DNA of 64,000 nt from an uncultured Candidatus Saccharibacteria bacterium (GCA_964411375.1 CAYPKR010000001.1:104227-168226); one strand, 5' to 3'. Shown: positions 20,418-31,339, counted from the stretch's first letter. Notes: generated by a model from the sequence alone, not told the origin. Numbers and translations: made by a program.

Positions 20418-20813
20418 ATGCACATTTTTAGTAAAGCGAAAACAATTCTCATTCTGATCGTGTTTGTCGGCACGCTCTCATCTATTCTATTTTTTGCGAG
20501 AGAACGTGCGGATGCGGCGCTTGGCGCACCAATTGCCGGATTTGTGAGCGACATACTCCCCTGCAGTTGTTCAGGTAGCGAAATATTATTTTTAAGTCCC
20601 GGGTACGTGAGCCTAGTGCCTTCTGCGCTTGCAGTTATGTATATTCCAGGGACACAAGCGTACGCATGGTGGAATATGGGCGTTCCGGGACTCTGGGAAG
20701 TCGGACTCCTCGAAGGAGCGTGGTCGTGTTGGGTGCCGACCGTTGACCCTCCGTGCACCATGGTATTTTCAGGACCTTTGATTGGTCCCATTGTTGGCAG
20801 TTCTCCGTTTTAA
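20418..20813 (+). CDS. Small secreted Cys-containing hypothetical protein
   Basis: Signal peptide; PCSCSG and a C-terminal Cys pair; 2 nt after the upstream stop. Confidence 0.6.
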   Translation: MHIFSKAKTILILIVFVGTLSSILFFARERADAALGAPIAGFVSDILPCSCSGSEILFLSPGYVSLVPSALAVMYIPGTQAYAWWNMGVPGLWEVGLLEGAWSCWVPTVDPPCTMVFSGPLIGPIVGSSPF

Positions 20814-21598
20814 GCGGAAACTTCTCGAGTGAGCGCGAGCCACGTATCAAGCGCTACATCTTCAGCTCGCGCTTTCGGATCGATACCAACTTTCTCCATG
20901 AGTTCAAAGACTCTCTCTTTTCCGAGATACGAAATATTTCCTGCAAGCATTTTGCGCTTACTTGCGAACGCATGTTTGATGAGTTCAAAAAAGATTGCCT
21001 CTTCTTTTTCATCTCTAAAATTACTGCGCGAAATATTTTCGATCGATATGATTGCCGAATCAACGTTTGGCGGCGGTGAAAATGAACCGGCCCTAACCGT
21101 CGCGACATAGCGAGGAGTACCATACGCTTTTACCGAAAGTGACGCGAGACTTTCCTTTTCGTTCCGTGCGATTCGCTCCGCGACTTCTTTTTGGATAAGA
21201 AATACCGCTCGCTCCGGCTGTACTTTGCCGGCAAGCATTTTTCGAAAAATAAGTCCGGTCAAATAATATGGAATATTCGCGACCACTTTGAACGCGCCGC
21301 TTTGAAGGCCGAGCGATTCTGGAAGGTGGTCGCGCAAGTCGCCAGAAATTATTTCTACCTTCCCTTCAAAAATTTCTTTTGAAAACTGCGCGGTAAGGAA
21401 CGAAGCAAGCAGCGAATCCTTCTCAACGGCAATTACTTTTTGCGGCATGACATCTCCTCGGACGAGTCGTTCGGTAAGTACTCCCTTCCCTGGCCCGATT
21501 TCGTAAATGATGTCGGTCGGTTGTATTTCGGCGGCGGCAATAATATCCGCAAGCGCCTTAGTGGAAGTGAGAAAATGTTGTCCGAGTTTTTGTCCCAT
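20810..21598 (-). CDS. rsmA: 16S rRNA m6,2A dimethyltransferase RsmA/KsgA
   Basis: KLGQHFL, EIGPGKG, VANIPY, FSPPPNVDSA. Confidence 0.96.
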   Translation of the reverse strand: MGQKLGQHFLTSTKALADIIAAAEIQPTDIIYEIGPGKGVLTERLVRGDVMPQKVIAVEKDSLLASFLTAQFSKEIFEGKVEIISGDLRDHLPESLGLQSGAFKVVANIPYYLTGLIFRKMLAGKVQPERAVFLIQKEVAERIARNEKESLASLSVKAYGTPRYVATVRAGSFSPPPNVDSAIISIENISRSNFRDEKEEAIFFELIKHAFASKRKMLAGNISYLGKERVFELMEKVGIDPKARAEDVALDTWLALTREVSA

Positions 21599-21602
21599 GT
21601 AC

Positions 21603-23513
21603 CTAATCAATATAGATTACTTTTGATGTCCCCTCACCTCTGGCTTCTTGTTCAACTAAATCATCGGGCAAATCAGTAATGAACTCTGATGGAACATTTA
21701 CCTGGCGCGATCCAAAAATTGTCCGCACTGATGCGTACGTTGCAAACACTTTTTTCTTCGCACGAGTGAGCGCGACATAAAAAAGTCGGCGCTCTTCCTC
21801 GTCATCGACATTTTCGCCGATTCGCTCATGCGGAAACAGACCTTCTTCAAGTCCAGTTATGAATACATAGGAAAACTCCAGTCCTTTTGCGGCATGCACC
21901 GTCATGAGTGCCACCGCGTCATTCTCATTTCGAAGTTCATCTTGTGCGGCAAAAAGTGCCGCGTCTTCCATAAATTGATCAACTCCGGTGCCGAGAGAAT
22001 GATCGTTGTAGCGTGAGGCGAGCGTTACCAATTCTTTCAAGTTTTCGAGGCGCTCTTTTTCTTCTTCAGTTCCTCGACGATACTCTTCTTCCATGCCGCT
22101 CTCGTGGATGACGAACCGGACAAGTTCCGAAGGAATTTTTGTCTCTGCCGCTTCTCGTACTCGATCGAGTAGTGTGAGAAATGTGTTTATTTTTGCTTTA
22201 CCACCTGCAGGAAGCGAATCAACTTTTCCTTCGATCAACGCGAGGAGAGTTACTTTGCCAATACCACGTGGCGGAACATTCGCGATTCGACTTATATCCC
22301 CGGAATTTCGCATTTGTGCTGCACGAATAAACGAAAGTACATCCTTCACTTCTTTTCGCTCAAAAAAGCGAGTTCCAACCACGCGATATGGAACATTTTC
22401 CGAAAGAAATGCTTCTTCCAAAATACGAGACTGAAAATTCGCTCGGTACAACACCGCGATATCTTTTGCGAAAACGCCGCTTTGAATGAGGGATGCAGCT
22501 TTTTTTGCGACGAAGATTGCTTCGTCTGCTTCGTCGTATGCCGAAAAAAGTCCAATCGGCTCACCATCTGCGTTGTCGGTAAAGACGGTCTTGTCTTTGC
22601 GTCGGAGGTTTTTCTTAATAATGTCGTTCGATGCGGTGACGATCGTTTTGGTTGATCGATAGTTTTGCTCCAAGAGAATCACCATTCCTTCCGGATACTC
22701 TTCTTCAAACGCAAGGATGTTGCCGATATCGGCTCCCCGCCAACTATAAATACTCTGATCGGCGTCTCCAACGACACAAATATTTCGATGCGCCCCAGCA
22801 AGTATTTGCGCAAACTCGTATTGCACCTTATTCGTGTCTTGATACTCGTCGATATGGATATATTTGAATCGATTCTGATATTCAGAGCGGATTTCTGGGT
22901 GGGTGCGAAGCAGTACGACCGCAGAGAGGAGCAGATCGTCAAAATCAAGCGCGCCTTCTTTTTTTAGAGTTTCCTCATATCGTCCCCATACGTCTTTTAG
23001 GGTGCGCGCAAAGAAATCGTTCGGGGCTGTTTCGCGGAATGCAGAAAGTGTTTGCCCATTTCCTTTGTGTTTCCCGATCGCGCTGAGCATTTTCCTCGGT
23101 TCAAAGCGTTTTGGATCGAGACCAGCGGCGATCACTGCTTCCTTCATGGCGCGGGTCGAGTCATTTCGATCATAAATAGCGAAACGTCTCTGGAGACCGA
23201 GCACGTGTCCGTGTTCTTTCAGTATTCTGACGCCCAAACTATGGAAGGTAGCAAGAAGCGGGAGTGCGCCATCAAAGCCAGCGTGATTCTGGCGTATCAA
23301 TTCCCGCATACGCTCACGCATTTCTTCCGCTGCTTTGTTGGTAAAGGTGACCCCGAGGATTTCTGCGGGGTCGACACCTTTTTCAATCAGATGGAGGATT
23401 CGGTAGGTGATGGTTTTTGTTTTTCCTGCTCCTGCTCCGGCAATAATAAGGAGCGGACCTTCGGTTTTTAGAACCGCTTGGCGTTGTGCGGTGTTTAAAT
23501 CATCAAGTATCAC
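21603..23513 (-). CDS. pcrA: ATP-dependent DNA helicase PcrA/UvrD
   Basis: AGAGAGKT, TFTNKAA, DEYQD, VGDADQSIYSWRGA, QNYRST, TVHAAKGLEF, EERRLFYVALTRA; GTG start inferred. Confidence 0.95.
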   Translation of the reverse strand: MILDDLNTAQRQAVLKTEGPLLIIAGAGAGKTKTITYRILHLIEKGVDPAEILGVTFTNKAAEEMRERMRELIRQNHAGFDGALPLLATFHSLGVRILKEHGHVLGLQRRFAIYDRNDSTRAMKEAVIAAGLDPKRFEPRKMLSAIGKHKGNGQTLSAFRETAPNDFFARTLKDVWGRYEETLKKEGALDFDDLLLSAVVLLRTHPEIRSEYQNRFKYIHIDEYQDTNKVQYEFAQILAGAHRNICVVGDADQSIYSWRGADIGNILAFEEEYPEGMVILLEQNYRSTKTIVTASNDIIKKNLRRKDKTVFTDNADGEPIGLFSAYDEADEAIFVAKKAASLIQSGVFAKDIAVLYRANFQSRILEEAFLSENVPYRVVGTRFFERKEVKDVLSFIRAAQMRNSGDISRIANVPPRGIGKVTLLALIEGKVDSLPAGGKAKINTFLTLLDRVREAAETKIPSELVRFVIHESGMEEEYRRGTEEEKERLENLKELVTLASRYNDHSLGTGVDQFMEDAALFAAQDELRNENDAVALMTVHAAKGLEFSYVFITGLEEGLFPHERIGENVDDEEERRLFYVALTRAKKKVFATYASVRTIFGSRQVNVPSEFITDLPDDLVEQEARGEGTSKVIYID

Positions 23514-23767
23514 GAATGGACTATACCACACAGAGAGAATATCCCTTCTTCATGCCGACTTCAGGGGTATTTTTCGCTATCCACACCCCCATTTTGACCT
23601 CGTTGACTTTAAATTTGATGCCGGTATAGTGGATAGATACGGATGCATGAAGGAACGATTAAATGGCTTGGTTGAGCCATATTCTGAAAGATAGAACGAC
23701 CTCTAACACACGGCTTATAACCCTCAATACCCAGGATTCGACGCCTTCCAAACGACAGCGAGGCTCG

Positions 23768-24799
23768 ATGAAAGAAAAGCGATTATGGCCCCTCGGGTTT
23801 CTTTTCGCTATCTCCCCTTTTGTAGTCCAGGCGAGCACCTTTTCCGCCCTCACGGGAACTTTTTTTGGCATTTTTTCTGGACGGGAAACCTTCTCAGGCG
23901 CTCCGATTGCCGTCTCGTATAACTCGCAGACCGTCCCTATTCTCTATGCGGCCTCCCATACTGATCCAAATCCTGCGAAAGGAGGTGGCGATATTATGGT
24001 TGCGGATGATTCGGCACTTGTTCCAGAGTCAGGACCCTCGGGAACGATGGCAGATATTGAGGAAACTCCCCATGCCGGACAAATCAGCCTCTATATCGTC
24101 CGATCTGGCGACTCGCTTTCTGGTATCGCAAAAATGTTCAGCGTTTCGGTCAACACTATTATTTGGTCAAACAATTTAAAGAAGGGCGCAGCGCTCCAGG
24201 AAGGTCAGCAATTGGTTATTCTTCCAGTTACTGGAGTTCGCTACACCGTTGCGAAAGGAGATACGCTTAAATCGATTGCCAAGAAATACCATGGCGACAT
24301 TGCAGAAATCGTCCAATACAATGGACTTGCAGCTGAATCAGATATTGCAGTTGGCGACACACTTCTCATCCCGGGAGGAGAAGTAACTGCTCCAGCCGTA
24401 TATACGCCAGCACAGACAAAAGCAAAAGTTATTGGCGCAGGTGGTCCAGATTATGGCGGCTACTATATCAATCCACTTCCAGGCGCAATTCGCACTCAAG
24501 GACTGCATGGATATAACGCAGTTGACCTTGCTGCCGCAAAAGGAACGCCGATTCGTGCTGCTGCCTCTGGAAGCGTTATCGTCAGTCGCGAAGGTGGATG
24601 GAATGGCGGCTACGGAAACTACGTTGTTATCACCCACGACAACAATTCTCAGACGCTCTACGCGCACATGAACCAAACGCTTGTTTCAGTCGGACAGACC
24701 GTTGTTGCAGGACAAGTCATCGGCTATGTCGGTGCAACTGGCCGCGCAACCGGTCCGCATCTCCACTTTGAAATTCGCGGCGCAAAGAATCCCTTCTAA
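23768..24799 (+). CDS. LysM x2 + M23 peptidoglycan endopeptidase
   Basis: YIVRSGDSLSGIA and YTVAKGDTLKSIA; AVDLAA, YAH, TGPHLHFE. Confidence 0.93.
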   Translation: MKEKRLWPLGFLFAISPFVVQASTFSALTGTFFGIFSGRETFSGAPIAVSYNSQTVPILYAASHTDPNPAKGGGDIMVADDSALVPESGPSGTMADIEETPHAGQISLYIVRSGDSLSGIAKMFSVSVNTIIWSNNLKKGAALQEGQQLVILPVTGVRYTVAKGDTLKSIAKKYHGDIAEIVQYNGLAAESDIAVGDTLLIPGGEVTAPAVYTPAQTKAKVIGAGGPDYGGYYINPLPGAIRTQGLHGYNAVDLAAAKGTPIRAAASGSVIVSREGGWNGGYGNYVVITHDNNSQTLYAHMNQTLVSVGQTVVAGQVIGYVGATGRATGPHLHFEIRGAKNPF

Positions 24800-24807
24800 A
24801 GTATCTG

Positions 24808-26325
24808 TTAGGTAAACAAATTTTTCGGACGATATTGCAGAGCCTCGAGAACATGAACCTCCTCGAGGTTTTTGCTTTCTGCGAGATCAGCGATAGTGCG
24901 AGCGAGTTTGATAATGCGATGGTATGCACGCGGCGAGAGATCAAGTTTTGCAGCAGAACTCGTTAAAATCGACTGCACTTTTTCTGGAAGCACAACCAGT
25001 CGGTCGATGTCTTTAACCGACATATCGCTGTTCGTTTTTCCGCCATTAAATCTTTTTTGTTGAACTTCCCTCGCCTTTCTAATTTGTTTCCGTGCCAAAT
25101 CAGACTCTGATCCCCTCTTTGTACGCCCTTCAGCCAATATCTTGTGCGGCACATGCGGCACTTCAATCCACATATCGATTCGATCGACAATTGGTCCTGA
25201 AATTTTCTTTTGAAACCGTTCGCGCTCTCGCATCATTTCGACGCCACTTCCACCGTGTGCACGAGTTGGGTTCATTGCAGCGATAAGCACAAAATTTGCG
25301 GGAAAATGAACGGTACCTTTTGCACGAGAGACCGATACCATGCCTTCTTCTAGAGGTTCCCGAAGTGCGTCGATTGCTCGGCGGTCGAATTCTGGAAATT
25401 CATCCATAAAAAGTACTCCGCGATGTGCGAGCGTTGCTTCACCCGGGCGAATATTTGCCCCGCCGCCGACCAACGATACATACGACGCGGAATGATGCGG
25501 CGAGCGAAACGGTGGATGTGAAATGAGTGATTCTTGCAGTACCCCGGCGATTGAATGAATTGCAGTTACTTCAAGCATTTCTTCAAAAGAAAGTGGTGGC
25601 AAAAGTGCCTGAAAAGCACGTGCAAGCATCGTCTTCCCTGTTCCCGGCGGACCGTAGAGTGCTATGTTGTGTCGACCAGCTGCTGCAATCAAAAGTCCGC
25701 GTTTCGCTGTTTCTTGTCCACGAATATCGGAAAGATCGATACCGTCCTCACTCCGGTTGTCAGTAATTTCTGTTTCAGGTTGCGCAGAGAGAAATGTCCG
25801 TACTTCTGCTTTTGTATTTACATGACCGATTACTTCCCGGAGAGTATTCGCGCCGAAAACGGTAATGCCACGAACGAGCGCTGCTTCCTCCGCATTTTCT
25901 TTCGGTACAAATACTTGTGCAAAGCTATGATCTCGTGCGGCCTTTACCGCAGCAAGCGTTCCTCGCACCTTGCGTAGATCTCCATCAAGCGACAACTCGC
26001 CAATAAAAAGAATTTTCTCTTTCGGAAGTGTAATGTCTCCGCTTGCAACAAGGTATGAAAGCGCGATTGGTAGATCAAATGCTGGACCTTCTTTTTTGAG
26101 ATCAGCTGGAGCAAGAGAAACCGTCACTTTTCGGTTCTGGCTTTTGGGAGAAGGAAATCCACTGTGCTTGATTGCGGCTGAAACGCGGTCGCGAGATTCT
26201 TCGACTGCTTTGTCGGGGAGTCCGACGATTGCAAAGGAGTGGAGACCCCGCGAAATATCAGTTTCCACCATGATCGGTTCTGCCGATAGATGAAGTGGTT
26301 GAGCGCTATATACGCGGGCAAACAT
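24808..26325 (-). CDS. comM: YifB/ComM Mg-chelatase-like AAA+ ATPase
   Basis: IVGLPDKAVEESRDRV, LAPADLKKEG, GPPGTGKT, PFRSPHH, AHRGVLFMDEFPEF. Confidence 0.93.
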   Translation of the reverse strand: MFARVYSAQPLHLSAEPIMVETDISRGLHSFAIVGLPDKAVEESRDRVSAAIKHSGFPSPKSQNRKVTVSLAPADLKKEGPAFDLPIALSYLVASGDITLPKEKILFIGELSLDGDLRKVRGTLAAVKAARDHSFAQVFVPKENAEEAALVRGITVFGANTLREVIGHVNTKAEVRTFLSAQPETEITDNRSEDGIDLSDIRGQETAKRGLLIAAAGRHNIALYGPPGTGKTMLARAFQALLPPLSFEEMLEVTAIHSIAGVLQESLISHPPFRSPHHSASYVSLVGGGANIRPGEATLAHRGVLFMDEFPEFDRRAIDALREPLEEGMVSVSRAKGTVHFPANFVLIAAMNPTRAHGGSGVEMMRERERFQKKISGPIVDRIDMWIEVPHVPHKILAEGRTKRGSESDLARKQIRKAREVQQKRFNGGKTNSDMSVKDIDRLVVLPEKVQSILTSSAAKLDLSPRAYHRIIKLARTIADLAESKNLEEVHVLEALQYRPKNLFT

Positions 26326-26388
26326 ACCAGAGGTTATACAAACAGATACCCCGGAGTATATCGAAACAAACGAAAAGGAGTATCAGTG

Positions 26389-26766
26389 TTACCGAGGAAG
26401 CGAATCTTCTTCGTCTATGTGCATTTTGCACGTACGAGCTGCGGGATCGGCGTTCAGACGATCTTCCTCAATTTTTTCTCCGCCAACTTCACAGGTACCG
26501 AATTCACCATTTTGTATCTTGTCGAGCGCGAGGCGGACATCATGGAGACGTGGCTTCAAAGCACCGAGGAGTGCCTGCCGTTCACCAAATGCTTCAAGTG
26601 CATCTGCGGCAACATTTGAGTCGGCATCACTTGCATCAAAATCATCTCCTTCGGTTGCTTCAAATGAATCAGGCGATGTCCCCTCTTTCACACCGATTCC
26701 GGCGAGTTCCGATTCAAGCACCGATGCTTCCTCTCGAAGTCGCTTTTCGTATTCAGTAGTATTCAT
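26389..26766 (-). CDS. DksA/TraR-family protein with a degenerate zinc finger
   Basis: Acidic coiled coil then ALDKIQNGEFGTCEVGGEKIEEDRLNADPAARTCKMH. Confidence 0.85.
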   Translation of the reverse strand: MNTTEYEKRLREEASVLESELAGIGVKEGTSPDSFEATEGDDFDASDADSNVAADALEAFGERQALLGALKPRLHDVRLALDKIQNGEFGTCEVGGEKIEEDRLNADPAARTCKMHIDEEDSLPR

Positions 26767-26805
26767 AGAAATATGATACCAAGACCCTCTCTATGCGCAA
26801 AACAC

Positions 26806-28434
26806 TTATATTCGTATCGATTGTAGGCGACTGATAATTTCAACCAATGTTGATTCGGTGCTTGCGATAACGACGGTGTTTTTATCAGAAAATGCATAGA
26901 GGAAGACGATCGTTCCATCATCACGTTTGAGTGCACGTGCATTGATATTTTTAACGACAATATCGACAAACGATCGTGCGATAAGATCGTCGGTTGTTAT
27001 GTTGCTGACTAATTCAGGAGTGGTTGATGCGTCACTCGGTTTTGAAGTAGTTGCGGAGCTGGTTGCTGATGTCGTCGCGATCACTCCCGTGCTACTTCCT
27101 GAAGAAAATGTCGGTGTTTTTTGAATACGTGGAATGCCGAATGGAAGGAAGAGGTCACTCTCGATCGTTTTTTCCCATTCGAGCATGCCGGCAAACCCGC
27201 GCTCATAGTCGGTGACTTTAAAAATGAGGAAATATTGATTGCCGTTAAATCCATGGAGGCCGAGCATCATTGGCTCTTGGAGTGCCCGGGAAAGTGTTCC
27301 CGGCACGGTGATATCGAGTTGTTTCAAAAATTCTGCGCCAGAGAGGAGTCGAGGAGAGCCGGTCGCGCCTTTTACGGTTGGGTAATATTGAGTAATTGAT
27401 CCGAGGCGTAAATTACTTTTTGTTCGCTTGTCGGTCAGCACATTTATGATACTGCGGCGATTCATGCCAGTGAGATCAAGTACCTCTTGGTGTTCAGAAA
27501 ATACTAACTTCGGTAGTGCGGACGCTGGAACCGTCCCCACTCCTTTATCTCGAGTAAGATATGCATATCCGACAATTCCAAGACCCACGATGACAAAAAA
27601 GAGCGCCCCGAAAAGAAGTGCATAGTTTACCCACGAACGACTTTTTTTCTTTGGCGAAAGTTGTTTTTCCGTTGCCTCAACTGTTTTTGCACGACGATTC
27701 GCTTCCGCCGCCACTGCCCCGACGAATGAGGTCTTTCGTTTTTCAATCAACTGCGAAATATCATCTTTATAGGTTCGAATCGGTCGAACCAAATTATTTT
27801 CGGCACTTTGCTTGCGAAGCTCCTCCATCAAAGGATTCTTCACCGGCGCAATCGTTTTTGCCTGAACCGGTGGATGAATGACTCCTTCCCCAAATACATT
27901 CCTACCTCCCGCAGTTTGGAGTTTCCCTGCAAGAGAGCCGAGCGATTGTTTCGGCTCTACAGAAGGAACTGCTTTTGGAAGCGGATCTTCTTTCGGTACT
28001 GTAAAATCAGTCGCTGAATGCGTTTCGACAACTTGCGTAACCGCATCAGTAAGCGAAAGAGGAGTCGCTGATTTCTGAGGAATAGGAGAGGGCGGCAGCG
28101 GAGATGGCGCGGGTTTTGGCACCGGCGGAATGATCGGTGGTGTTTGTGGGATCGTAGCAATTGGGGGCGCACTTTCCTTCTCGCTTTGTACTGGCGGAGG
28201 CATCACTACAGAATTTCCCGAAAACGGGCTTGCAGATTTCCGCATTTCCGGATGCATTGGAGATGAAAAATCATCTGCCGCAGGCGGAGGAGTGTTTGCG
28301 AGTGGCATTGTTGGCTCACTTGCTTCCAAATGTCCGCTGGCGCCTCCCGGCATACCAAGAGAAGCGCTGAGAGAAATATCAGGTTTTGAAGAGTTATTGT
28401 CGCCCGCTAGTTGGTCTTGATTCCCCATTGCCAT
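26806..28434 (-). CDS. Hypothetical bitopic membrane protein with a long Pro-rich N-terminus
   Basis: Pro-rich region, IRTYKDDI motif, one TM, C-terminal domain with FAGMLEWE; start uncertain, overlaps the pnp end. Confidence 0.7.
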   Translation of the reverse strand: MAMGNQDQLAGDNNSSKPDISLSASLGMPGGASGHLEASEPTMPLANTPPPAADDFSSPMHPEMRKSASPFSGNSVVMPPPVQSEKESAPPIATIPQTPPIIPPVPKPAPSPLPPSPIPQKSATPLSLTDAVTQVVETHSATDFTVPKEDPLPKAVPSVEPKQSLGSLAGKLQTAGGRNVFGEGVIHPPVQAKTIAPVKNPLMEELRKQSAENNLVRPIRTYKDDISQLIEKRKTSFVGAVAAEANRRAKTVEATEKQLSPKKKSRSWVNYALLFGALFFVIVGLGIVGYAYLTRDKGVGTVPASALPKLVFSEHQEVLDLTGMNRRSIINVLTDKRTKSNLRLGSITQYYPTVKGATGSPRLLSGAEFLKQLDITVPGTLSRALQEPMMLGLHGFNGNQYFLIFKVTDYERGFAGMLEWEKTIESDLFLPFGIPRIQKTPTFSSGSSTGVIATTSATSSATTSKPSDASTTPELVSNITTDDLIARSFVDIVVKNINARALKRDDGTIVFLYAFSDKNTVVIASTESTLVEIISRLQSIRI

Positions 28435-30568
28435 TATTACTTCCGTGACTTGGCGCAATACCTTTTCGTTCTGCAAAGGTCGGATCAATCGCCTTGATTG
28501 AGAGGTTGATGCGCTGTTTCTCGTCTATCTCTTTGATTATAACCGAAACTCGCTCACCTTCCTTAAGCACGTCGGTTACTTTGTTGATACGAAATGGTGC
28601 AATTTCACTGACATGCACTAATCCTTCGGTATTTTTGCCGATCTTCACAAATGCGCCGAAGTCCATGAGACGTGTTACTTCTCCTTCGAATGACTCCCCT
28701 GCTTTGTATTCGTGTGTAAGTTCCGAAATTGCTTTGTGTGCAAGCTCGGCGCTGCCCCCCTTTCCGGTTATGAAGATAGTGCCGTCTTCTTCGATCGTGA
28801 TGTCCTCAACTTGCGTTGCCTCACGAATGCCGTTGATTGTCTTGCCGCCGGGACCAATAACAAGTCCGATTTGATCCTTCTTTACAACCAAGGTCAGAAT
28901 TTTTGGTGCACGAGGACTGATGTCTGCTCTCGGGGCAGGAATTGCTGCAAGAATTGTCTTCAGAATATGGAGCCTTGCCTGCTTTGCGCCTTCGAGTGCT
29001 TCACGAAGAATAGGAACAGGAATACCATCCAATTTAATATCCATCTGAATGCCCGTGATTCCTTCTGTTGTTCCGGCAATTTTAAAATCCATGTCACCAT
29101 GAGAATCTTCAGGACCTTGGATGTCGGTCAGCACTTTGTACTTCGTGCCATCCATCATGAGTCCCATCGCGATGCCGGCGACTGGACGGAGAATCGGTAC
29201 GCCGCCATCCATCAGTGCGAGCGTGCCTGCGCACACTGAACCCATGGAGGTTGAACCATTCGATGCCATACATTCTGAAACAAGGCGAATGGTATAGGGG
29301 AATGCTTCTTTTGAGGGCAGAACGGCTTCAAGTGCTTTTTCTGCGAGCGCGCCATGTCCGACTGCGCGGCGATTGATGCCGCCGACTCGTCCGGTTTCTC
29401 CCGGCGCAAATGGCGGAAAGTTGTAATGATGCATGAATCGCTTTTTTTCTTCCGGGCCAGATTCAATTGAGTCGATTATTTGCGAATCTCCCGGACCGCC
29501 AAGCGTGAGTGCCGTGAAGACGTGCGTACCTCCGCGATAAAAGATGCCGGTACCATGTGCCATTGGAGAAATTCCGCCTGCTTCTGCGTAGAGCGGACGC
29601 ACTTCGTCGAATGCACGTCCGTCAGGTCGGCGATTATTGTTGATTGCTTCAGCATGAATCTGCTGATCCACCTTTTCTTCGAAGAATTTATCTGCAAGTG
29701 CGCCCGCATCTGGAAGCACTGCCTTTACTGCTTCGACGAATTCTTTTTTAGCAGCATAAATTTCTGCCTTTCCCGGATTTCCAGAAATGACAATATTTGG
29801 CATGCGCGCCGCAAATTGTTCATTGAAAATGGTAACTGCCGCTTCTGGAAGTTCAGGAACCGAAATCGTCCGCTTTTCCTTTCCAATTTCTTTGACAATT
29901 GCTTCTTGGAATGTCTGGAGTTTTGCAAGTTCAGCAACTGCTTCTTCAAACGCTTCTCCCAGTTCGACTTCAGAAACTTCCTTTGCCGCAACTTCGATCA
30001 TGTTGATCGTGTTGTCGCGACCACACGCAAGAAGATCATATGAGAGTTCGGCTTCCTCGCGATCCTTATAGGTTGGATTCAATATGCGTGCGCCAGTTTT
30101 TGTTTTTCCAATGCGAATCGCCGACACGGGTCCATTCCACGGGATGTTGGATGTCGCGAGTGCGAGTGATGCACCAATGACGCCGAGTACATCCGGATCA
30201 TCTTCGTCAATTGAAAGAACCGTAATGATAACTTGGACTTCGTTTCGTAGCCGATGATCGAAGAGTGGGCGGATAGTGCGGTCAACAATGCGGCCGGAGA
30301 GAATTGCTTCGTCTGATGGACGTCCTTCTCGACGCTGGAAGCGGCTTCCTAAAATTTGCCCTGCGGCATAAAATTTTTCTTCGTATTCAACGGTGAGTGG
30401 AAAATAATCGATGTCGGTGCGCTCCCGTCCTGACATAACAGCAGTCGCAAGAACGACGGTATTCCCATAGCGGAGAATTACCGATCCATGCGCTTGGTCC
30501 GCAAGATCAGTAAATTCGGCGGTCAATTTTTTGCCGCCCACTTCAGTCACAAAGGTTTTTTTCTGCAT
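28394..30568 (-). CDS. pnp: Polyribonucleotide nucleotidyltransferase
   Basis: DYFPLTVEY, RREGRP, FMHHYNFPPF, SNGSTSMGSVC, GDMDFK; KH and S1 domains. Confidence 0.98.
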   Translation of the reverse strand: MQKKTFVTEVGGKKLTAEFTDLADQAHGSVILRYGNTVVLATAVMSGRERTDIDYFPLTVEYEEKFYAAGQILGSRFQRREGRPSDEAILSGRIVDRTIRPLFDHRLRNEVQVIITVLSIDEDDPDVLGVIGASLALATSNIPWNGPVSAIRIGKTKTGARILNPTYKDREEAELSYDLLACGRDNTINMIEVAAKEVSEVELGEAFEEAVAELAKLQTFQEAIVKEIGKEKRTISVPELPEAAVTIFNEQFAARMPNIVISGNPGKAEIYAAKKEFVEAVKAVLPDAGALADKFFEEKVDQQIHAEAINNNRRPDGRAFDEVRPLYAEAGGISPMAHGTGIFYRGGTHVFTALTLGGPGDSQIIDSIESGPEEKKRFMHHYNFPPFAPGETGRVGGINRRAVGHGALAEKALEAVLPSKEAFPYTIRLVSECMASNGSTSMGSVCAGTLALMDGGVPILRPVAGIAMGLMMDGTKYKVLTDIQGPEDSHGDMDFKIAGTTEGITGIQMDIKLDGIPVPILREALEGAKQARLHILKTILAAIPAPRADISPRAPKILTLVVKKDQIGLVIGPGGKTINGIREATQVEDITIEEDGTIFITGKGGSAELAHKAISELTHEYKAGESFEGEVTRLMDFGAFVKIGKNTEGLVHVSEIAPFRINKVTDVLKEGERVSVIIKEIDEKQRINLSIKAIDPTFAERKGIAPSHGSNNGNGESRPTSGRQ

Positions 30569-30687
30569 ATGCGCTTAAAGCAATGCTCGGAATCGAAACG
30601 TGAAGCCACATTTCAGGCTTCAAATCTCTCACCAAGCACCGCAAAACTAATGAATAATTGCGGTTACTCTAGCATTTTTAAATAAAA

Positions 30688-30730
30688 ACAAAAGCTCCAG
30701 CGCGGTCGTTGGCCCCGCCGGAGCTTTTGT
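30688..30730 (-). terminator. Terminator-like hairpin after the NYN gene
   Basis: ACAAAAGCTCC...GGAGCTTTTGT inverted repeat. Confidence 0.55.
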
Positions 30731-30738
30731 AAAACATC

Positions 30739-31260
30739 CTAAAACTTCGCACCTTTGTATGAGATCAAATATTTTTTCGGATCGTCATCGAGATCGGTGA
30801 AATGATCGCATGCTTCCTTAAGTCTGCTTGAGGTTGATTTGCCGAATGAAACCACTTCCACCTGACACCCCTCTTTAATTCGGAGATATTCAACAAGCGG
30901 AATAAAGTCGCCGTCGCCAGAAGCGAGAATAATCGTGTCGAGCTTTGGCGCCATAGTAACGGCATCTACTGCGAGCCCAACATCCCAATCGGCTTTCTTA
31001 GCGCCACCAAAAAAGATTTGAAGATCTTTGGTTTTGGTTTCAATGCCTACTTTCGCAAGCGCTTCGAAAAAACCTTGCTCCTCCCCTGTTTCGGTGGTGA
31101 CGACGTACGCGAGCGCGCGAACCAAGATACGATCATCAATAACTTCCTTCAACACTGCGCCAAAATTCACTTTTGCCTTGTAGAGATTTTTTGCGCTGTG
31201 GTAGAGGTTTTGCGTGTCTATAAATACACCGACACGCTGCGCCTTATGCTTCACTATCAT
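30739..31260 (-). CDS. NYN-domain (LabA/DUF88, PIN-like) protein
   Basis: VFIDTQNLY, KADWDVGLAVDA, LASGDGDFIPLV. Confidence 0.92.
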   Translation of the reverse strand: MIVKHKAQRVGVFIDTQNLYHSAKNLYKAKVNFGAVLKEVIDDRILVRALAYVVTTETGEEQGFFEALAKVGIETKTKDLQIFFGGAKKADWDVGLAVDAVTMAPKLDTIILASGDGDFIPLVEYLRIKEGCQVEVVSFGKSTSSRLKEACDHFTDLDDDPKKYLISYKGAKF

Positions 31261-31339
31261 AAAAATACAAAAACTAAATATTAAAAAATAAACCGATACT
31301 TAGAAAAGTATACCAGAAGAAGGTTCAGGGAGGGTGAAC

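Noticed and set aside
30569-30690. Stem-loops in the pnp leader as a novel riboswitch
   Set aside because: Structured pnp leaders are expected from known autoregulation and no aptamer motif was recognised
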